A stretch of DNA of 13,060 nt from an uncultured archaeon (GTDB lineage Archaea; Asgardarchaeota; Thorarchaeia; Thorarchaeales; Thorarchaeaceae). The translations under genes were made by a program, and so were the position numbers. The notes under the pieces were generated by a model. That model worked only from the letters and a program-made list of their open reading frames with translations. It did no database searches and had not been told where the DNA came from. This document shows positions 6,874 to 13,060 of the stretch, piece after piece. Location of the stretch: the NCBI GenBank assembly GCA_964590575.1, contig CAZPWM010000071.1, forward strand, positions 3,359 to 16,418. Direction: 5' to 3'. Numbering within the stretch: position 1 is the stretch's first letter; each line of letters starts with the position of its first letter.

Positions 6874-7815
6874 TTGGCAACAGAAAACAAATGCACTTGG
6901 CTGGGAGCAACTGAGGCTGATGACCCATATTGCAGGCTCAGGGGTCAGAATCTCCATAAAGCAGAAACAAACGCCAAGTGTCATAAACCAGATCTTGCCA
7001 CAATATGTGTTGATGCGTATGGCTCTCTTGCCAGAGGGCAGGATGCAATTGATTCAAACAGTACAGACGCATTTCCTTGGCTAATTGAATCCGCTGCGCA
7101 GTTTGAGAATCTTGGTGAATCTGACAACGCAATTAAAGCTTATATCAAAGCTATAAACTTTGCAAACAAGAACGATTTGATTGAAAAAGCCTACGATATC
7201 TTCCGCGCCGCAAGGGCGGTCTACGAAGAAGGAATTGCAGACAAGGATCCAGCTCTAAGTAATTCTCAAGTAAAACAAGATTTAGTGAAAGCAGGAGAAG
7301 CACTGATAGAAAATATTGAGAAGGTGAATGAACGCACACCTACAACTGAATTACAGTCTGAGATCAAGGCGGCTATACTTGGAGGGGTTACGCTCAGGAA
7401 AGCAAATCCGAAGGAAGATACTAAGGATTTGATAATCAGTCACGGAAGATCCTTGTACACAAAAAAGGCAAATGAGTACAAAGCTGGTGCTGCATCATAT
7501 ATTAAATCAGGAATGGTCAAGAACGCAGTAACGCTTGCTTGCATGGGAGCACTTGCTGACCTTATGTTGGGCAAACCCAAGGAAGGAATGGCTTATCTCG
7601 CGAAGATAACCAAAGAATCGGGAGAGAGTCAGACATTCCAAGAGCATCCTTGTTTCGAATGGACAAGATTAGTATTCAAAATCCTGATTAATCGAGACCA
7701 AAACCTCATGATAACAGCTAACAAGCTTTTCCTAGAAATACCTTGGTCCTTCAAGGATGATAGAGAATTTGCACGGAGAGTTCTTGAGTCAGTTGAAAGA
7801 AGAATCAGTGTTTGA
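6874..7815 (+). CDS. Hypothetical protein: N-terminal Cys4 cluster, TPR/SNAP-like helical repeats, internal WH2-like motif
   Basis: 313 aa; C7, C20, C36, C45; SAAQFENLGESDNAIKAYIKA and KANEYKAGAASYIKSG are TPR/SNAP-like; LQSEIKAAILGGVTLRKA at residues 160-177. 11-nt convergent overlap with the next gene. Confidence 0.8.
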   Translation: MATENKCTWLGATEADDPYCRLRGQNLHKAETNAKCHKPDLATICVDAYGSLARGQDAIDSNSTDAFPWLIESAAQFENLGESDNAIKAYIKAINFANKNDLIEKAYDIFRAARAVYEEGIADKDPALSNSQVKQDLVKAGEALIENIEKVNERTPTTELQSEIKAAILGGVTLRKANPKEDTKDLIISHGRSLYTKKANEYKAGAASYIKSGMVKNAVTLACMGALADLMLGKPKEGMAYLAKITKESGESQTFQEHPCFEWTRLVFKILINRDQNLMITANKLFLEIPWSFKDDREFARRVLESVERRISV

Positions 7816-9118
7816 TTCTCATTCGTGCAATAAAGAAACCACTTGTTTGGTGTTTGTGGGGGAATAATCTCTGAACCATGTCAGAACAATGAAAACCGGG
7901 ATACCCTGGATCCCCATACACTAGAGGTTTCATTAACTCAATATTGTGTCGTTGCATCGCTGAGTCTATCTGAGATTCACCCTCATGCGGAAGAATTGAA
8001 CAGGTCGAGAACACAATCTCCGTTCCAGGTCTTTCTGCATATGTAGTGAGAATCGCGTCTAGAATCTTGTTCTGTACTGTCATAAGTGCAAAGAGAGTTT
8101 CCTTGTTCAACCGCCATTTGAATGAAGGATATGTTTGTAAGACACCAGTGGAACTGCATGGAGCATCAATCAAAATCTTATCAGCATCTTTAACCACGGG
8201 TTCGGTTGCATTGGCATTGATCCACTCAATCTGCAGAGCATTGAGATATTGAGACCGTTCGCTTGCTGTCTTGACTCGTTCTTGGTAAACGTCGGTTGCA
8301 ATTATTTCTCCCTGACCTTCCATCCTCTCTGCAATCAGTTGGGTCTTCATTCCCGGTGCAGCACAAACATCCCAGATCTTCTCACCAGGTTGAGGATTCA
8401 AGACATTGACCGTTATGACACTGGCTTTATCTTGGACAAGCACTCGACCATCTTTAAACAGATTTGAGGTGACAACAGCATCTATTCCATGTACTACTCG
8501 AGAAACCTCAGGTACTTCAGAATCTCGTTGCAGCTTCACATGTTCTAACGATTCTAAGACTGACTCAGACCCTTCATAGAGCCTATTGGGACGAATGTAG
8601 TATATTCGGCCTTGGTTGTTTGCATTCAATAACTGGATCGTATCATCACGATTAAGATTGTCAAGGAGCGTCTTCACTAGAAACGTTGGATGCGAGTACT
8701 TCAGACTCAGTTGATTAATCTCCGGCATACCTTTAATCGATTCATCCAGATTGAATTTAACTGCATTACTGAACTCATTTAGATATAGTAACTCAATCTC
8801 TGGGTAGAAAGTCAGTATATCAGAAAAGTCAGTTTGGAGCCACTTGAAATCAAATAATGCTAGTCTGAGAATGCTTCGGTCTCGTTTGCTCAGGTCATGA
8901 TACCTCTTCTTCATGAATGATCTTGAGAGTATGAAGTCAATCGTATTTCTGTACCTAATAACAGAGAGTGCCAAAGTTTGTGTTAGTGCTTGAGTCATAT
9001 ACGAGTCAGGAGATGTGGTTTGCATCTCGCGGAGTAATGTCTTCATTGAAGTTGTTGACTCTTCAAAGTGGACTAACGCCTTAACAGCATCAGCTCTGGG
9101 TACATATTCATGACTCAT
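7805..9118 (-). CDS. RsmB/NOP2/NSUN-family RNA cytosine-C5 methyltransferase with NusB-like N-terminal domain
   Basis: LKYSHP, IRPN, VQDKAS, DVCAAPGMKT (SAM binding), ILIDAPCSSTG and FSTCSI..EGE (both catalytic Cys), RLFPH...TSGFFIA; NusB-like VIRYRNTIDFIL...ILRLALF. ATG 9118 preferred over TTG 9151. RNA target cannot be assigned. Confidence 0.93.
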   Translation of the reverse strand: MSHEYVPRADAVKALVHFEESTTSMKTLLREMQTTSPDSYMTQALTQTLALSVIRYRNTIDFILSRSFMKKRYHDLSKRDRSILRLALFDFKWLQTDFSDILTFYPEIELLYLNEFSNAVKFNLDESIKGMPEINQLSLKYSHPTFLVKTLLDNLNRDDTIQLLNANNQGRIYYIRPNRLYEGSESVLESLEHVKLQRDSEVPEVSRVVHGIDAVVTSNLFKDGRVLVQDKASVITVNVLNPQPGEKIWDVCAAPGMKTQLIAERMEGQGEIIATDVYQERVKTASERSQYLNALQIEWINANATEPVVKDADKILIDAPCSSTGVLQTYPSFKWRLNKETLFALMTVQNKILDAILTTYAERPGTEIVFSTCSILPHEGESQIDSAMQRHNIELMKPLVYGDPGYPGFHCSDMVQRLFPHKHQTSGFFIARMRIKH

Positions 9119-9163
9119 GACAAATAAACCTGCAACCACAATCCTGTTCAATTTTGTTGTTTA

Positions 9164-11191
9164 CTATTTAATTGGGGGCATTACGTTGGCATAACCGTCC
9201 ATCACAACAATTCCATCTTTGTTGAACACATCAAATTTGAGGCGACAGAGGTTATTTTCAGGAACCTTCTCAGTGACTTCAACCACTGCCTTAAGCTCAT
9301 CACCAGGAAAAACTGGTGCTTTGAAGTTCACCTTCATATTGAAGGCAAGGGTGCCAAGACCTGGTAGTTGGGTTCCTAAGACCCGTGCTACTAATGCGCC
9401 ACCAATTGGACCATGAGCAATTCGTTTCCCAAACATGGTTGTTGCAGCGTATTCCTCATCCATATGAAGAGGGTTGTAGTCGCCAGACATCTGAGCGTAC
9501 AGGTCAATGTGCTCCTCGGATACAACCATAGTTGACTCTGCTTTATCTCCAATCTCAATCTCATCCAAGCTTTTTCCAAGGGTAAACTTACTTTCAGTTC
9601 GATGCTCTTTCTTCTCAGGTTTTATTTCCGCGGATTTAGAAACACCTTGAAGAATCTCAGGTGAGAACTTGAACATTCTTGCGAATTTCATTAAAAGCTC
9701 CATGTCATCAGTATCAATTACAACCTTCTCAGTCATCATAGCCTGCATTGCATCAAGCTTCCCAAGAAGTATGGAACTCCATGTTGCCGAATCTGTTTTC
9801 ACAGTCATCTCAGGATTCTCAGTATCTCCTTTCTCAATGACACACTCCTGATTCTTGATTTTCAGCAACCATGAATCTGTATCGTCAAAAGAGAAACGAA
9901 TGACTGCAGATACACCCTCAGCACGATCAGCGCGAAATCCATTTGGAATGCTTATCATCATTGTATCAAAATCTAGAGCAGCTACATCAAGCGATGTTTG
10001 AGCTGAAGAATCTCGTTTGCTTTCAATGTAGACCTCTCTCTGGATTAGAAACCGCAAAATCTCTGAAGTTCCACCCCCAATCGTACCTAATCGAGCATCT
10101 CGATAAAACATCTCAAGCGGATAATAATCCTTGACATATCCAGCTCCTCCACAGATTTGAATTGCCATATCACAACACTCCACCGAAACTTCACTGGCAT
10201 AGAGTTTAGCAATAGTGGCTTCCTTTGTACAAGGAATGTCTTTCTGAATCATCCTTGCTGCAGAAATCAAGAGCAGTCTTGCTGCACGCATTTTAACGGC
10301 CATATCAGCGACTTTGAAGCTCACACCCTCAAACCGAGAAATAGGTCGACCAAACTGCTCACGTTCTTGAGAGTACGCAACCGCAATCTCAAATGGCGTC
10401 CTCATGCACCCGAGTGCTTCAGCGGCAATTCCAACTCGCTCTGAGTCTAACTCATTCATCAGGATTAGAAAACCCTGATTCTCCTTTCCAAGAAGATTCT
10501 CTTTAGGTACCTTCAGATTGCTGAGACTAAAATGAGTAACACGGACCCCGTCACGGCCCATCAGATTGAAATCCTTCTCAACCTTGAAACCATCCCAGGA
10601 TGTTTCGATGATGAATGCAGACATGCCACTTTTACTTTCTACCTTAGGATCAGTAATTGCAAATACAACAATCTGGTCCGCAATGCTACCATTTGTGATG
10701 TATCTCTTTTCACCATTGAGAATCCAACATTCTTCTTTCTCGTCCCATTTTGCGTTCGTGACCATCCCAGCTGTATCACTACCAACCTTAGGTTCAGTAA
10801 TGGCAAGCGCACCTATTTTTTCACCCTTTGCAAGGGGTACTAAATACTTCTCTTTTTGTTCCTCTGTTCCATAACGAAGAATTGGGATTGCTGAGAGAGT
10901 ACAGCTAGCTCCAAACATCATAGTTGCTGAAGGACAGACCGTGGAGATTTCTTCTCCAGCAATCAGCTGATACATGAATGGTTTCTCAGAACCCCCGTAT
11001 TTTTTAGGTATTAAAAGACCTGAAAGACCGAAATCTCCAAGTTTCTTAAAGTAACGGCGATGGTCAAATTCTGGAGTTGTGATTGTATCTGCTAGGGGTC
11101 TGATTTCTTTATCCACCCAGTCGCGTACCTTTGAACGAAATTCAAGCTCATCCGTTGTGTACAACAGAAGTTCATCATTCATTTGAGTCAT
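9164..11191 (-). CDS. Fusion protein: acyl-CoA dehydrogenase + SCP2 sterol/lipid carrier domain + MaoC/PhaJ-type (R)-enoyl-CoA hydratase
   Basis: ACAD about aa 1-388 (IPKKYGG, AITEPKVGSD, LNGEKRYITNG, REQFGRPI, QICGGAGY, RDAR..TIGGGTSEI); SCP2 about aa 405-510 (FRADRAEGVSAVIRF, W.L.I, ILLGKLDAMQAMMTEKV, MELLMKF); MaoC about aa 538-675 (SGDYNPLHMD...FGKRIAHG, LPGLG, FKAPVFPGD). AGGTG upstream of the ATG. Confidence 0.93.
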   Translation of the reverse strand: MTQMNDELLLYTTDELEFRSKVRDWVDKEIRPLADTITTPEFDHRRYFKKLGDFGLSGLLIPKKYGGSEKPFMYQLIAGEEISTVCPSATMMFGASCTLSAIPILRYGTEEQKEKYLVPLAKGEKIGALAITEPKVGSDTAGMVTNAKWDEKEECWILNGEKRYITNGSIADQIVVFAITDPKVESKSGMSAFIIETSWDGFKVEKDFNLMGRDGVRVTHFSLSNLKVPKENLLGKENQGFLILMNELDSERVGIAAEALGCMRTPFEIAVAYSQEREQFGRPISRFEGVSFKVADMAVKMRAARLLLISAARMIQKDIPCTKEATIAKLYASEVSVECCDMAIQICGGAGYVKDYYPLEMFYRDARLGTIGGGTSEILRFLIQREVYIESKRDSSAQTSLDVAALDFDTMMISIPNGFRADRAEGVSAVIRFSFDDTDSWLLKIKNQECVIEKGDTENPEMTVKTDSATWSSILLGKLDAMQAMMTEKVVIDTDDMELLMKFARMFKFSPEILQGVSKSAEIKPEKKEHRTESKFTLGKSLDEIEIGDKAESTMVVSEEHIDLYAQMSGDYNPLHMDEEYAATTMFGKRIAHGPIGGALVARVLGTQLPGLGTLAFNMKVNFKAPVFPGDELKAVVEVTEKVPENNLCRLKFDVFNKDGIVVMDGYANVMPPIK

Positions 11192-11250
11192 ATTCTAGCA
11201 CCTGAAGACAAATTTGAAATTCTCAGACGATGGCTCCCAGTTTAGAAGCT

Positions 11251-11257
11251 CTTAAAT
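11251..11257. promoter_or_regulatory. Candidate TATA element in the 99-nt divergent spacer
   Basis: CTTAAAT on +, ATTTAAG on -, about 33 nt before TTG 11291. Confidence 0.3.
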
Positions 11258-11290
11258 CTCCTCTTATAGCAGACCAGCTCGTTAGAAGAA

Positions 11291-12976
11291 TTGGATTACA
11301 GGAGACTCAAATATCAAATGCGTTTCTTTGGCCATCTCATAAAGGGTGAAATATCAAAACCAGTCGAGGGAAAAACCAGTTTCTTTCCTGATATGAACAA
11401 GGCAATAGGAGATCCTCGCTTACTATATGCGATGGCTCTCAAAGAGCAGGGATCCCTTAGTAGATTGGCTGCCCGTTATTTTTCCAACCAATTGCCTACC
11501 AAGGTTCCTGAAATTCGGTTGTTAAAGGATTACATCAAAGTTCATGGATATCCGCAGGCATCAATGGATGAAATCCAAGAGATGATGTTTGCAGAGTATG
11601 CTATTGGCGGAGTGAAGGAAACAGCTGCTGCTTGTGAGGAGGCTCATTCGATTCGTCACCTAATGCACAAGGAGTATAATAAGAAGGGAAAAGGTCTCAC
11701 GCTCAAAGAACGTGCTGAGGGTTTGGTTAAAGTTGGGGAGATTCTCTGGAAGCATTTTGATGATTTCAAAGAGATAGGTATTGCGGAAGGCACTCCTGTG
11801 AAGTTATTTGACTGGCAGACAAAAGGCGTTTTCAACACACTTTACAAAAATCATATCGAATTTGCTAGTTCAAGGATTGAGTCAAAAGAAATCCCAAGCG
11901 CAGCGGAGGGGGAACGAACCATCCTCAGTCGCTATCCATTTGGAGCAGTTGGTATCTTTCCGCCCTATAATGCGGCTATCGGTTTGGGGGGAATGGCAAT
12001 CATTTCCAGCTACTGGGCGGGGAATGCAACAGTAACCAGAACTCCATCTAAGATGCCACTCACCAATATGGAGCTAGCATATGTCTTGACTGAGGCAATG
12101 CGCGAATTGGATTTCCCCCGAAGTGCGTTTCAGTCAGTCATTGGACCAGCTCGAAGTATAGCTCAATACATGGTAAATGAATCCCCCTTGAATGCAATGG
12201 TATACTATGGCGACTCCGATATTGGTCTTGAATTAATGTCTCAGGCTGTGAGGAGAGGTCTTCATTTTATTCCAGAATTAGCTGGAAGTGGTGCAAGCCT
12301 TGTCTGGAAGGATGTTGACATAGATAAAGTGGCAGACTATGTGAACCATGCTCGCTTCTTTGGTTCAGGACAGATCTGTTTAGCTGCCAAGAGACTGTTC
12401 CTCCATGAAGAAATCTTTGATGATTTCATTGAAGCACTTATAGAAAAGAGCCAGAAATTAAAAGTCGGACTCCCAGCAGATCCAAACACAGATTTACCAA
12501 TTATTGGAGCTCGAGCACTATACCAGAACATTGGCATGATACGTGAAGCCTTGAGTAAGGGGGCAAAACTTGAAGCTGGAGGGTATCGCCTGAACGCTCA
12601 GGGTGAGCGTGATGAATCAGGTCTCTTCTACAAACCAACCATCCTAATTGATGTTCCATTGGACTGCAAGATGTGGTACCATGAAACCTTTGGTCCAGTG
12701 CTACCAGTTATGAAAGTCAATTCATTTGACCAGGCTATTACCCAAGCGAACAACTCACCTTATGGACTGAGAACCTCTGTCTATAGTGAGGACCCAGAAA
12801 TTTGGCAACGCTTCTTTGATGAGATAGATGCTCCAGGTATCGCAGTCAACACCGACCATCTACACTTTGATGACTACTACCCGCACCTTGGTGGATTGAA
12901 GACTAGTGGACTTTTTGGTGGAAAATATTTCTACGAAGTTCTAACATACCTCAAGTATATGCATCTTCCATCATAG
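11291..12976 (+). CDS. Aldehyde dehydrogenase family protein with atypical N-terminal extension
   Basis: PFGAVGIFPPYN, PELAG (E329), GSGQICLA (C363; 34-residue Glu-Cys spacing as in canonical ALDHs), FYKPTIL, HETFGPV, ANNSPYGL, GGLKTSG. TTG 11291 or ATG 11318. Confidence 0.92.
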   Translation: MDYRRLKYQMRFFGHLIKGEISKPVEGKTSFFPDMNKAIGDPRLLYAMALKEQGSLSRLAARYFSNQLPTKVPEIRLLKDYIKVHGYPQASMDEIQEMMFAEYAIGGVKETAAACEEAHSIRHLMHKEYNKKGKGLTLKERAEGLVKVGEILWKHFDDFKEIGIAEGTPVKLFDWQTKGVFNTLYKNHIEFASSRIESKEIPSAAEGERTILSRYPFGAVGIFPPYNAAIGLGGMAIISSYWAGNATVTRTPSKMPLTNMELAYVLTEAMRELDFPRSAFQSVIGPARSIAQYMVNESPLNAMVYYGDSDIGLELMSQAVRRGLHFIPELAGSGASLVWKDVDIDKVADYVNHARFFGSGQICLAAKRLFLHEEIFDDFIEALIEKSQKLKVGLPADPNTDLPIIGARALYQNIGMIREALSKGAKLEAGGYRLNAQGERDESGLFYKPTILIDVPLDCKMWYHETFGPVLPVMKVNSFDQAITQANNSPYGLRTSVYSEDPEIWQRFFDEIDAPGIAVNTDHLHFDDYYPHLGGLKTSGLFGGKYFYEVLTYLKYMHLPS

Positions 12977-13060
12977 TAAACGTTCATACATCTGGACAAG
13001 CATGTCCGCGGACTGTTCATACGGTTTTCCCCATGGACGAAAACCAAACTTTTTCATGAG
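12971..13060 (-). CDS. 3' end of a gene entering from the right edge, possibly a GNAT acetyltransferase
   Basis: Not in the ORF track. The minus frame from 13060 reads LMKKFGFRPWGKPYEQSADMLVQMYERLL* with TGA at 12973-12971; KKFGF plus a terminal M.xx.L strand resembles GNAT C-termini; 6-nt convergent overlap like others in this window. Confidence 0.55.
   Translation of the reverse strand, partial: LMKKFGFRPWGKPYEQSADMLVQMYERLL

Noticed and set aside
7805-11191. Functional link between the RNA methyltransferase and the ACAD fusion
   Set aside because: Co-oriented and close (45 nt to ATG 9118), but no biochemical connection is evident; tight packing is general in this window.
178-12537. Short alternative ORFs in the track (e.g. 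178-375, 2608-2838, 5744-6055, 6857-7084, 10157-10444, 10532-10874, 11808-12035)
   Set aside because: Antisense or off-frame shadows of well-supported genes, with no recognisable motifs.
12982-13054. Inverted repeats GGACA/TGTCC, GTCCGCGGAC, GGTTTTC/GAAAACC and the GTTCATAC direct repeat, as terminator, SECIS or mobile-element end
   Set aside because: Stems are short and lie in a plausible minus-strand CDS; the direct repeat corresponds to two Tyr-Glu codon pairs. A terminator role is not fully excluded.
1-13060. Selenocysteine or pyrrolysine readthrough, frameshifts, inteins
   Set aside because: Recognised proteins look full length at their stops, most stops abut neighbouring genes, and no split domains or intein motifs were seen.
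1-13060. CRISPR array, tRNA/rRNA, transposon or defence island
   Set aside because: Intergenic gaps are all under about 140 nt with no repeat-spacer or cloverleaf pattern; no transposase or integrase; MazG and TatD sit in housekeeping context.

Overview
Gene-dense archaeal chromosomal window of roughly 40-45% GC (estimated by eye), with 15 CDSs that end inside the window plus one 3' fragment at the right edge. Gene content (longin-wHTH protein, PAC2 proteasome chaperone, PDCD5-like protein, COG2517-type tRNA-binding protein, stand-alone 7TM protein, frequent TTG starts, GGTGA/GGAGG ribosome-binding sites) points to an Asgard archaeon, possibly Thorarchaeia; this is an inference. Housekeeping genes: MazG-like pyrophosphatase, tRNA-binding protein, PAC2, TatD, RsmB/NOP2 m5C methyltransferase. 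Most notable: (i) a WH2-like actin-binding motif inside a Cys4/TPR-like protein, (ii) an acyl-CoA dehydrogenase-SCP2-MaoC hydratase triple fusion divergent from an atypical aldehyde dehydrogenase, (iii) a longin-winged-helix protein with NPRL2-like architecture. No RNA genes, CRISPR arrays or mobile elements were recognised. All family calls come from motif recognition by eye; no searches were run.
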